Shown: in pieces, positions 50,401 to 58,885 of the stretch | Layout of the letters: each line of letters starts with the position of its first letter | Position numbering within the stretch: position 1 is the stretch's first letter | Source: Lama glama | Lineage: Eukaryota | Assembly (NCBI GenBank): GCA_028534125.1 | Contig: CM052818.1 | Coordinates: 44,518,001-44,582,000 of the forward strand | Length of the DNA: 64,000 nucleotides | Reading direction: 5' to 3' | Notes under the pieces: model-generated | The model's input: the letters and a program-made list of their open reading frames with translations, nothing else | Databases searched by the model: none | Told to the model about the DNA's origin: nothing | Made by a program: the position numbers and the translations under genes

Positions 50401-53400
50401 CTTCTGCCGGTCCCAGTTAGGCACATCAGTTACAAACTGCTCACAACTTAGTTGACCTCATTTTAAAATGGCCTTTCTTCTACACATGTACCTGTGAGTG
50501 AACTTATGTCCTGAGATTTGATTCTTTAGTCAAAAAGAAAAACAGTTTCCCGTGTAGAAATTAATCATAGCTTCACCGTTAAGGTTTAGAAAGTCAACCC
50601 TGCAAAGTAAGGCGGGCCGCAGGACAGGCAACACTGAGGGAAAGGAGGCTGTGGTCTGAGACCTCTGCATCAGATCTACAATCCAAACCGTCAGATGCAG
50701 CCTAGGCGATTCTCCAAAATTCTATCCTACAATTGCTGTGGAAATACCTGGCTCCATTATTCAGCAAGTCTATACGCTACTTAAGGAGTTATAATAATAA
50801 CTCTCCTTCTGCTTCAGAGACATCATAATAAATGTCTTGTAAACTTGTTTGTTGAACCTCAGACACAAAATAAAGATCATATCCCCAATTTTCAATTCAT
50901 TATTCTATTTTTTAAGAGCACGTCACAAAGTTAGGAAGAATGATATGCTTAACCCTGATTTTCAGAGTCAAATTTAGTACTTAAAAAAAAATCTAATAAT
51001 CTACAAATGCTTAACAGGAAAGGAAAAGAATAACCTATACATGTTTTCTTCGTAAGTAATCCGGTTAGTTGGTAAAACAGATTGGTAAGAGTTAGATCAA
51101 AATTTTCACTTCACAGAATCTCTATGTATTTTCCGCATAAGTAACTTGGTTAATGGTAAAACATACTTGTGAGAGTTAGATCAAAATTTTTATTATCAAA
51201 GACACCGAGGATGGGGAAGCGCCCCCTCTACCTTTCCGAAGCGTGGAAGTGGGACGACTGCGGGGGGCAGGAGCTAGACAGGCCCCCCTCGGCCACAACC
51301 GCAAGATGAGGGGGGGGCCTCCTGCAATCTACCGGGCTACCGGATACCATGTGATCCACATTGAAAGGAAGAGAAATCACAGGTCAATTACATTCAACAA
51401 AGTGTCACGCCCATTATTTGACTACTCTCCCCGTAACGTGTGTAAGAAAGTGAACGCGCTCGGGTGTCGGACAACAGCAGAGGGCCCCATGTTGACGTCG
51501 CTACGAAATCAACACGAATCTTTCGAGCCACGAAAACGGGAAATTGTCAAGGCACCCGTTTCACTTTCTATTTCATCCATGTGCCCATAAAAAAATTGTT
51601 TTTCTCGGGGCAGAATTTAGTGCCTCAGCAAACTACATCCTCCAAAAGACGAGGTGATTTGTGCTGACAACTGTCTCTCTAAAGAAAATACATAAGCTAA
51701 AGTCTGGAAATGGATCTATTTCTCCTAATTTGTAATTGCATTTAACAGTGGTCAGATCACCTAATCTGACACAGTCATTATTCTGGTTTCACAGAGAAAA
51801 TATCAGAGAAATGTATTCAGGGTTGTATTTAAATTCTCAAAACTAACACAGAGTGTATGAACAGAGTTTTCTAACTGTCAGTGGTTTCTAACTATTCCAC
51901 ATAATTTTCTTCCTAAAGTACTGTGGTTTTCCCTCCTTAGGGCTTAACTCCACAGACCTAGGGAGAGAACGTATGAGGTTCTAGAAGGGTCTTATACCTA
52001 CATTGTGTAATAGGAAGACCATGGGCTGTGTGTGGCTATTGAGAACTTGAAACATGACTAGCCCAAAGTGAGATGTTCTGCACATTTAAGATACACGATT
52101 GCAAAGACTTAGGAAAATGAGAATGTGAAATACCTCAATATTTTTTTTAAAAACCGATTACTTGAAATGAAAATACTTTAGATATATCAGGTCAATGAAA
52201 CAGATCATCAAAGTTAATTTCATCAATTTCTTTTTACTTTTTAAGGATGGTTACTAGAAAATTTTAAATTACATATGCAGCTAGCATTCTGTTTCTACTG
52301 GACAGGGCGGGCCTAAGGACAGACAGACCCCTACGCGGGGACTCCACAGGCCCCCAGCCCCGCTCTGGTTGACAACATTCACCGTCACGGTCCTGGTTGG
52401 AAACCAGGCAGGTGACACATGGACTTTTCTCCAACCCCAACTTCAGCACCCGCCGCTGACCCTGCTGTCTCATTAACGAGATCAGTCTGGTCAAACTGGA
52501 ACCAGGAGTGGTGTTCACAGGAGACTGGCTTCAGGCAGGAAGCCTTTGCAGCACGTGCTGAGCTTCGAGTGGCTCCGACACCCCCATTTTGGGCCATAAG
52601 TAAATCCAACACATTAGGAGTAAGAACAGTCGAAGGGTGTCGCTGTCACTCAGACCAGGGCTCCTCAACCTCTTTTCCGTTACTGCCACGCCCTCGAGCA
52701 CTTTGAGACCCTTTTTCCCCCAAAAGTCCTCCCTCCACTATGAAATTTTAATGCCAAGGATATACTATGCACCTGTTTATGTACAGCCCTTTGGAGACTA
52801 CACGCTATTATATTTTGCTGCCCAGGAACCAATTTTTGTCCTGATGGGGGTGATACTGGGAACACACCATTCAGACCTGTCCCCTCCCTGGTTCTTCTGA
52901 AAACTGCTCAGAAGGGCTCACAAATTCCCACAGGTTTCACTGTCTTAAAAGTCTCTCGCATCTTCTCCACACAGAGCAGCTCTGGTTCTCCAGGAAGCCT
53001 AGGGCCACTTGAGAGTCTATTTCAGGGAAATGAGCATTCTTGAATTCAGCAGCATGGACTCAGCCTGGGAAGAGGGCATCATCCCAACAGGCAGAATGAC
53101 CTCCGGGGCCCCTGAAGCAGCCTCTCTGTTCCTGAGCTTTACTTTAGGGCTAAGTACCCTGAAAGGCTCCATCACCTGTTTTCCCCTGCTGACAATTGGC
53201 ATTTATGTAACTTAACAAGTGGCTTCCCTTTCGACATCACCTTGGAAAGCTAAGAGCCACGCCTGAGTTCAATTCTGATATCAGACAGAAGTTTATGATC
53301 TGCACATGTTCTGTTCTCAACTCTGATCTGTACCTCCTAGTCTGAATTGCAATTTTGGGGGTCCTAGTTATTTTGATGTTTTATTTCTATTTCACTATTT

Positions 53401-56400
53401 TATTAAACACCCTTCCTATCACTGACTTGGAACCCTCTGGACCAGGACAGGCAAACACACAGGCACAGACACCAGCCACTCACCTGGCGCTGGGTGACCA
53501 CTCTCTGTCGGAATTAGGGTATGATGCTGACTGAGGGTAGGTCAGGACTGGGGAAAGGTTTTCCTTAGGAACGTCTTCTTGGAATGGAGGTATATCATTA
53601 GAAAGAGTTCTGGAGGGAAAAAAAAAAAAAAGAAAGATTAAAGTCAAAGAATGATTAGTGATCGATTTGTAATAAGGCAAGTTTCCATTTTTTCTTCTCT
53701 CTAATGCTGGTAGACTAATGTGAGCTCCTTCTAAATAAACCACCCAGGCATATTCTAGGAGGTGAAGAGGAAAAAGTGACTCAGAGAAATGTGTAGTGTG
53801 CATTCGTGCTTTGGCTGAACTGCAAGTGTGAACTGCCTTTGGGCCAGTATTAGACACAGACACCATGGCTGCACACCTGATATTTACGCCACAGTGCCCG
53901 ATACATGATATGCTTGTCTTTCACGTTTCCTCCACAAAAAGCCTGAGAGGTAGTCGGGCCCAAGACTGGACCCAGAGGGTTATAAACTCTTGCCATGCCC
54001 GGGGGAGCTGCCAACCACTGAACACATAGACAGCAGCTTATCTAGCGCAATACATAAATGTCACGACAAACTGTATCTTATAATTACAAAATGGTTGCAA
54101 ATCTACCTGGCGTCGGGTACAGCACGCTTGTTACAAAATACAAGTCACTCTTTCTCATGCAGAGGCCACCTGTCTGTATTTCCGATGTTCTCTGAAGCAT
54201 CTAAGTCCTAGAACTAAAAGCCACGCAGGGAAGGCAGCCGTAATAAGCCCGACTGACCAGCTCCTGAGCCCACGGCACTTAGGAAAAGCGACATTGTTGG
54301 TGTGCCTCTATTTTTCAGCCAGAAAAAAAAATTCAGCTCTGAATAACGAAGCAGGGGGTTACTCCAGATGTTCCTTCTCCTGAACATCTCCTGATGTTCT
54401 TTATGCTAACAGGACACAAAAACAATTACGAAAAATTATGCTGAATTACATAAAAAATCTGAAACATCAAATAATTCTTTACAAATGATTTCTGACTTTT
54501 AAAACTGGCATTTTTCACCAAAATAGCACTACACAGACAGAATTTCACCACACTATAAAAAGCAAAGAAAAACACAACAGGTGTCCACCGAACTTTGACC
54601 CCGATCAACACTGAAAAGGACAGGTCTGCTTGTAGAGAAACGGGTCACCTGTAGCCCTGAGTGGACCACAGATCGGCCCCCAAGTGTCAATCAGCCCAAC
54701 GCCGTGCTCCAAGTCGGCGCTAAATGAGCATGTGTGGGTCCGAAACAGTGATTCATAAAGTGTTCGTCTGCTGAGTTCCTGCTCCATGGTTCCGCCCTGG
54801 AAAGCTGGGGTTAACACCAGGGATGTCGGGTGTTACCGATTACCTCTCAGTTACAAGCTCCATCACGTCTTTATGCTACTTTAGAATTGCGCCTGCAGGA
54901 TTCCAAAGTTCAGTCTAAAATCATTAATGGAAGAGTAAGAAATTCTAGGGCCAGGGGGGAACGTTTCTGTAAGGGGAAAGGATATAGCTCAGTGGTAGAG
55001 CATGTGCTTAGCATGCACAAGGTCCTGGGTTCAGTCCCCAGTGCTGCCACTTAAAAAAGAAATAAATAAATAAACCTAATTACCTTTCCCCCCACAAAAA
55101 AAAAAAAAAAGAGAGAGAGAGAGTTCTCCTAAAAAACGAAGCCACGCAGCTGGAGCTCAGGGCACCCCCCTGCACATTTACCTACTGCTGTCCAGCGGCT
55201 CGGCCTCCTCGTCCGAGCTCATCTCGATGGGAAACATGTCTTCGTCCTCAGACGTGTTGGTGTTGTCATCCCTTTTCATGCTGTCCAGCTGGGACTTCCT
55301 CCTCCTCTTTCTCCTCTTCTTCACTAAAGAGCCACCTGAGGTGGTCTCGCTGGGAGCTAAGACCTGGGCTGAGGTGTTGGGGTCCAGGCCTCTCATCCGA
55401 TCTACAGAGTTCCTCTTCAGCTGGGACTCCATCCGCGAGGCTCCTTCTGACAGGATCGGGGAGGTGGCCAGGTGCATGGGGATCACCTCCTGAAGGGCAG
55501 AAAAGATGTTCAAAAAGAAGCCTTGTTGACTGGGACATAAGAAGCCGGGTGGTGCCGACGGCCCCCCACTGTTCATTCAGGGGACAGGCACACATGCTGC
55601 TGACAGTTTGAGTGGCTTGGAGAACATCAAATGCCCTACATGTATGAAGTCCTCATCTGAGAGGTGAGGCGAGGCTGGGAGGGAAGTGACAGACCGCCTC
55701 ACTCAGCTGAAGAAACGCACAGAGAGTGCTGACACTGGGTCAAAAGGGAAGGGGGAGACGGCTCAATCTGGTGATGAAGGACACAGGCTCCCCAGCTTCC
55801 AGCTGCCTCTCAGGGGCAGGAGGGGCATCGCATGGGACAGGACGTACTGGCCTCGGAGACCCAGCTCACCACGGCGGCCTGCAGCCTCCATGGCATCCCC
55901 ACCCAAAATGCTTCCCCAGCTCTTATAGCGTGAAATCTGTCTACAGCCAAGGGGCAAACAGACGTTAAAGATGCAAGTGATCCATCTGTCAAAGCCTAAA
56001 ATTCATTAGAAACCAGTGAATCATCCTCTGCCTCCCCTTTTAGTGGGGAGACAAAGAGCAGCCAGGCAGGGCTCCCTGAGGGCCAAGGGGTGAGGACACT
56101 GGTCCTCCTCCTATGTCACACCTTCGGGGAGCCTGAGAGGAAGCAGAGCCTGGGATGGGATGGTTTTGTCCTGAAACTGAAATGACCGGCATTCGACTTA
56201 GAGCCTGGAGCTATTTAGAGCCGTTCCTTTTCAGTCAGGCTGCCTTCCCATAAAGGAACTAGTTCGAGTGGATTTTATTGAGGAATCACGACATCAGATC
56301 CCTTCAAAGCGGCTTTCTCAGTGAAAGGCCAAAAAGAAGTGGTCTGTCTTGGAAGGAAACAGAGGGGTAAATCGCCATGACTTCGGATTTGGCAAAGAAT

Positions 56401-58885
56401 TCTGAGATATGACAACAAAAGGACGAGCAACAAAAATAAAATAGATAAATCGGATTTCATCAAAATTAAAAACTTTGTGTTTCAAAGCACAACATCAGAA
56501 AGTGAAAAGACAACTCACTCCCACAGTGGAAGAAGGTGCTCACAGAGCACACACCTGACGAGGGGCTTGTGTCTAGAACAGGCCATGAACTCTTACAACT
56601 CAGTGACAGAAAGACACATAACCCAACAAAAAATGAGCAAAGTGTCTGAACAGACACTTCTCCAAAGAACACATGGAAATGGCCAAGAAGCAAATGAAAA
56701 AACACTCCACGTCACTAGTCACTAGGGAAATGCAAATCAATACCAGGATGAGGAACCACTTCACACCCACCAGGATGGCTAGAGTCGCAAAGCTAGAAAA
56801 CAAGAAATGATGAGGCTCTTCACAAATCGGAACCCCCGTGCATTGCCAGTAGGAACGTAAAACAGAGCAGCTTTGGATAACAGTCTGGCAGTTCCTCGAA
56901 TGTTAAACACAGAGTTCCCACTCAACCCAGCAATTCCGCGCCCAGGGACATACCCAGAACAAACAAAAACATAAGTCTTCAAGAAAACTTGCACACAGAT
57001 GTTCATAGCAACGTTGCTGACAACAGCCAAAAAGTGGAAACAAACCTAATTATCCACCAACACATGAAAAGATAAACTAAACGTGGTCTGTAGATGCAGT
57101 GGAACATTGTGGCCCTACAGTGGAATGAATGAAGTACTGGCATAAGCCATGACTCAGATGAATCTTGTAAAGTTGTGGTACTGAAGGAAGTCAGGCACAA
57201 AAGGCCCCAGACCATGGGATTCCTTCCATTCAGATGAAAGCTCAGAATAAGGGAAATCCAGAGTGACAGAAAGTAGATTAATGGCTGTTTCGGGCTCAGG
57301 CAGTGGAAGGCTGGGGGTTTAGGGACAGGGGAGGTGATGGCTAATGGGTACAGTGTCTCTTGGAGGTGATGAAAATGTTACAGAATTGACTGTACTAATG
57401 GATACGCACATTTGTGAAAATACTAAAAACCGCAGAATTGTACACTTGAAACGGATAAATCGTATGGTACGAGAATTGTATCTTAATAGAGCTGTTAAAA
57501 AAAATTTAATAAAAATAAAAGTGATTTAGTCATTGAGTAAACAAATACTAGAACATTCATTTGTCCGAGATTTGACACATCAGTATCGTTTGTGTGCTAC
57601 GGACCACGGTTCAGCCCAATGTGATTCAGTCCCCTGCCTCCCCGGACACTGAGCCAACGGGAGCAGGCCAGGACTGCGGAGTCCTGTGGACACAGCTCAC
57701 ACCCACCGTGTCCGGCTCAAATGCCCGGTACGGGGTAAGAGGCCGCTTTTCTCTGCAGCCGTCACCCACACAGCCGGGCGCCAGCATCACTGTTCCACAT
57801 GTGTCTCCTAGAGGAGCAGAGCTCAGAGCCCAAAACTCGGGAGTCACCCTCACACCCCGCCTTCCTTACCTGATCATTATCAGTCTCTTGAACAAAAAAC
57901 GCCTCTCCATTATCTCCCAATTTCATGTGCAAATCCACAGATTCGCCGTTGATTTCAATGTCAACCTGAAGGAACAAGATACTTCACCACAACAGGAAAT
58001 CTCCTGGGAGATGGCTCAGTCTCCACACACTTTAATCATATCATCCCCCGAAATACCTCACAGTTCCCAATCTCAGTTGGTCAACCTGGTCCATTGAGAG
58101 GCGGAGTCTCTTCCCCCCACCTCCAGCCCCTTGAGTCCCTGCAGGCTTGTGATTGCCCCAGAGAGTCTGCGAGCACAACCCAAGTAAGTGCCACGTGACT
58201 CCCGGGGCTAGGCCAGCACAAGAAGGTGGCGTCTGCCTGGCTCCCTCTTGCTTTCCTTGCAGCCAGCTACCATGTTGTAAGGAAGGCCAGACGGAGGGGC
58301 CGTGTGGAGGCGCTGTGGCCAACAGCCTCAGCTAAGAGTCCAGCTGAGAGCCACCAGCCACGGGAGCCAGGACATCTACAGGTGATTCCAGCCCCCCAGC
58401 CCAGAGTCTCCAGCTGAAGCCCCCCAGATGGCAAACGGCAGGGATGAACCAGCCTACTGCACTTGGCTGGAACCCCAACCCACAGTACCCAGGAGCTTCG
58501 TAAATAGTTGTTTTACACCACTGCATTTTGGAGACATTTACACATCATAGTAACTGGAACTTGTCAACTCAGGGACCAGCCCTTTCTGACAGAGAACTAA
58601 AACTCTGGGTCTGCGAGGAGCTCTGGACATGTAAAGCCACAGAAACACAATGATTTTTCTCTAAGGGGGGAACCTGTCCTCCGGGTTACTTACCACTTTC
58701 TCTCGGGAGCGCAGGACCCCCATCTTTCCAAAGCGGACGTGGAAGGGGGAGCACTGCAGGCTCCCGTTGGGCTGGCGGACCACGATTATGTCGATGCATC
58801 CGGACAGGGTGGCGGGGTTCAGCCCCTTGTAAAGCTCCTTCACAGTGACAAACACCTGGCCAGCCAGCTGCCCCACGTAATTCAT
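14840..58885 (-). CDS. LPIN1: Lipin-1 (phosphatidate phosphatase LPIN1), spliced CDS span; about 894 aa for the alpha form if the missing exon is 80 nt
   Basis: Spliced translation gives N-LIP ([32 protein letters not shown]...), polybasic [16 protein letters not shown], the HAD catalytic motif DIDGT, the LxxIL motif LGHIL and C-terminus ...[11 protein letters not shown]. All traced boundaries are GT-AG; phases match except across the missing exon. Confidence 0.98.
15205..15410. mobile_element. MIR SINE
   Basis: CTCTGCCATTTACAAGCTGTGTGATCTTAGGCAAGTGGCTTCATCTCCCTAAGC core; other MIR relics near 6340, 21530, 26470, 29620, 33820, 36550, 43570, 60860, 61450. Confidence 0.75.
17872..17975 (-). 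CDS. LPIN1: LPIN1 coding exon 18 (104 nt, [34 protein letters not shown])
   Basis: atatag acceptor, gtgagt donor, phase 0/2. Confidence 0.97.
18059..18512 (-). mobile_element. Internally deleted Tigger1-family (TcMar) DNA transposon
   Basis: Terminal inverted repeats CAGGCAGACCTC ... GAGGTCTGCGTG with left TA target; internal GGTTCGGTTCCAG, CCCAGTGCATATAAAAGTTA and CAGGGTTGCCACAAACCTTC. Confidence 0.85.
19224..19338 (-). CDS. LPIN1: LPIN1 coding exon 17 (115 nt, [38 protein letters not shown])
   Basis: taacag acceptor, gtaagt donor, phase 2/0; GNR HAD motif. Confidence 0.97.
19600..20310 (+). mobile_element. Old L1M fragments (ORF2-derived) containing a tiny nested L1 3' end at 19740-19800
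   Basis: GAAGACCTAAATAAATG...GGAAGATTCAATATT, CAAATGGTGCTGGGACAACT, CATACAAAAATCAATTC. Confidence 0.7.
20447..20505. repeat. (CA)n plus TA/CG alternating purine-pyrimidine tract
   Basis: Direct reading. Confidence 0.95.
23295..23447 (-). CDS. LPIN1: LPIN1 coding exon 16 (153 nt, [16 protein letters not shown]...SLFSALH)
   Basis: ttttcag acceptor, gtgggc donor, phase 2/2. Confidence 0.97.
24020..24552 (+). mobile_element. L2 LINE relic (3' end)
   Basis: CATGCTTGGCAAGTAGGAGACACTTAATAAACCTTTGCTGAAGGAGTAAATG terminus; other L2 relics near 29200, 45800, 59200. Confidence 0.65.
25617..25829. mobile_element. MER20 hAT DNA transposon relic
   Basis: GTTTCTCAA..ACTGACATTTTGG..CAGCATCTCTGGCCTC..ACTAGGTGCCAG..GGAGCAAAATCACC..TTGAAAGCCACTG. 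Confidence 0.8.
30175..30261 (-). CDS. LPIN1: LPIN1 coding exon 15 (87 nt, [28 protein letters not shown]), LxxIL co-activator motif
   Basis: gtttag acceptor, gtgagt donor, phase 2/2. Confidence 0.97.
30743..30891 (-). CDS. LPIN1: LPIN1 coding exon 14 (149 nt, [10 protein letters not shown]...ISDIDGTIT), carrying the catalytic DxDxT motif
   Basis: ttttcag acceptor, gtgggt donor, phase 0/2; DIDGT codons at 30751-30765. Confidence 0.98.
32089..32215 (-). CDS. LPIN1: LPIN1 coding exon 13 (127 nt, [11 protein letters not shown]...[12 protein letters not shown])
   Basis: ttccag acceptor, gtgagt donor, phase 2/0. Confidence 0.96.
35692..36191. other. Assembly gap (500 N); probably contains LPIN1 coding exon 12
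   Basis: Run of N within the intron where a phase 0/2 exon is required. Confidence 0.95.
37540..38830 (-). mobile_element. L2 LINE relic, interrupted by a SINE
   Basis: Purine-rich degenerate L2 antisense (GTCTCTGCCTCCATGAGTTTAGGGTCTGG, GCAAAGGTCCTGGGGTAG, TTTTAAGCAGG). Confidence 0.6.
38364..38523 (+). mobile_element. tRNA-Ala-derived SINE (camelid Vic-1-like)
   Basis: TATAGCTCAATGGGTAGAATGCATGCTTAGCA..AAGGTCCTGG..CAGTCCCC head, AAATAAA..AAACCTAATT..CCC body, A-rich tail. Confidence 0.85.
39282..39374 (-). CDS. LPIN1: LPIN1 coding exon 11 (93 nt, [31 protein letters not shown])
   Basis: aacag acceptor, gtaagc donor, phase 0/0; WWFSWR motif. Confidence 0.96.
39505..39582 (-). CDS. LPIN1: LPIN1 gamma-isoform cassette exon (78 nt, [26 protein letters not shown])
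   Basis: Open 26-codon phase 0/0 exon with cttcttaag acceptor and gtatgt donor, between ...KPLPK and ATVES..., where the 26-aa human lipin-1gamma insert maps. Confidence 0.85.
40230..41460 (+). mobile_element. Old L1M fragment with a nested MLT1-type LTR (~40605-41100)
   Basis: L1 ORF2-like ACTGATTCTAAAGTTCA, AAAGCTACAGTGACTAAGA; MaLR-like AATAAACCCCTATTATTTAAGCCA...AAAGCATCCTGA end. Confidence 0.6.
42286..42355 (-). CDS. LPIN1: LPIN1 coding exon 10 (70 nt, [23 protein letters not shown])
   Basis: gttag acceptor, gtgagc donor, phase 2/0. Confidence 0.96.
43130..43223 (-). CDS. LPIN1: LPIN1 coding exon 9 (94 nt, [30 protein letters not shown])
   Basis: ttcacag acceptor, gtaagt donor, phase 1/2. 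Confidence 0.96.
44270..44288 (+). promoter_or_regulatory. Candidate CTCF binding site
   Basis: CGGCCACCAGGGGGCGCTC matches the CTCF core consensus TGGCCACCAGGGGGCGCTA at 17/19. Confidence 0.7.
44323..44513 (-). CDS. LPIN1: LPIN1 coding exon 8 (191 nt, GDPSGLTKH...[14 protein letters not shown])
   Basis: ttcccag acceptor, gtacct donor, phase 2/1; start of M-LIP (SLCGG). Confidence 0.96.
45147..45240 (-). CDS. LPIN1: LPIN1 coding exon 7 (94 nt, [30 protein letters not shown])
   Basis: tttcag acceptor, gtaaaa donor, phase 1/2. Confidence 0.96.
46286..46601 (-). CDS. LPIN1: LPIN1 coding exon 6 (316 nt, SSPHKMKEC...DSPSRKK)
   Basis: tctag acceptor, gtgaga donor, phase 0/1; in frame with ORF 46011..46586. 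Confidence 0.93.
47794..47923 (-). CDS. LPIN1: LPIN1 coding exon 5 (130 nt, [15 protein letters not shown]...[13 protein letters not shown])
   Basis: ttttcttaag acceptor, gtaagt donor, phase 2/0; conserved WLWGELP motif. Confidence 0.96.
49210..49246. repeat. (CA)n microsatellite
   Basis: Direct reading. Confidence 0.95.
49673..49887. mobile_element. MER58A hAT DNA transposon relic
   Basis: TIRs CAGGAGTCAGCAAAC ... GTTTGCCAACCCCT; internal CAACTACTCAACTTTGCC. Confidence 0.85.
50027..50093 (+). mobile_element. Truncated tRNA-Ala-like SINE head or tRNA retrocopy
   Basis: AGTGGTAAAGCGCATGCTTAGCATGCACGAGGCCCTGGGTTCGATCCCCAG with intact B box, no 5' acceptor stem and no SINE tail. Confidence 0.75.
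51232..51336 (-). CDS. LPIN1: LPIN1 beta-isoform cassette exon (105 nt, (S)[34 protein letters not shown](S))
   Basis: Open, frame-preserving (phase 2/2), tag acceptor and gtagag donor; peptide resembles the recalled human lipin-1beta insert [36 protein letters not shown]. Confidence 0.88.
51999..52308. mobile_element. MER33/MER3-like hAT DNA transposon relic
   Basis: GTGGCTATTGAGAACTTGAAA...ACTAGAAAATTTTAAATTACATATG...TTTCTACTGGACAG. Confidence 0.75.
53484..53609 (-). CDS. LPIN1: LPIN1 coding exon 4 (126 nt, [12 protein letters not shown]...SDREWSPSA)
   Basis: Poly-T tract plus ctccag acceptor, gtgagt donor, phase 2/2. Confidence 0.96.
54972..55122 (+). mobile_element. tRNA-Ala-derived SINE (camelid Vic-1-like)
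   Basis: GGGGAAAGGATATAGCTCAGTGGTAGAGCATGTGCTTAGCATGCACAAGGTCCTGGGTTCAGTCCCC; (AAAT)n, AAACCTAATTACC, A16 tail. Confidence 0.9.
55182..55489 (-). CDS. LPIN1: LPIN1 coding exon 3 (308 nt, [11 protein letters not shown]...KKRRKRRRK...PLDSSR)
   Basis: cttcag acceptor, gtaaat donor, phase 0/2; polybasic NLS codons at 55295-55321. Confidence 0.97.
56350..57522 (+). mobile_element. L1MB-like LINE 3' portion (ORF2 end plus 3'UTR)
   Basis: GATTTCATCAAAATTAAAAACTTT, AGGGAAATGCAAATCAA, CCAGCAATTCC, TTGTACACTTGAAA, A-rich end. Confidence 0.88.
57870..57965 (-). CDS. LPIN1: LPIN1 coding exon 2 (96 nt, [32 protein letters not shown])
   Basis: cttcag acceptor, gtaagg donor, phase 0/0; N-LIP sequence. 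Confidence 0.97.
58060..58561 (+). mobile_element. MLT1-type (MaLR) LTR relic
   Basis: GCCAACAGCCTCAGCT..GATTCCAGCCCCC..AAATAGTTGTTTTACACCACTGCATTTTGG..TAACTGGAAC terminus. Confidence 0.65.
58694..58885 (-). CDS. LPIN1: LPIN1 coding exon 1 (192 nt, MNYVGQ...SREKV); exon starts at 58894 with 9 nt in-frame leader GCC CAA ACC
   Basis: Acceptor ttcctag before 58894, ACCATG start context, donor gtaagt after 58694. Confidence 0.97.

Noticed and set aside
38364..55122. Possible functional tRNA-Ala genes at 38364, 50027 and 54972
   Set aside because: Broken or absent acceptor stems, SINE body and tail in two copies; treated as SINE or retrocopy
56466..57215. Hydrophobic minus-strand ORFs
   Set aside because: Typical antisense translations of an L1 relic
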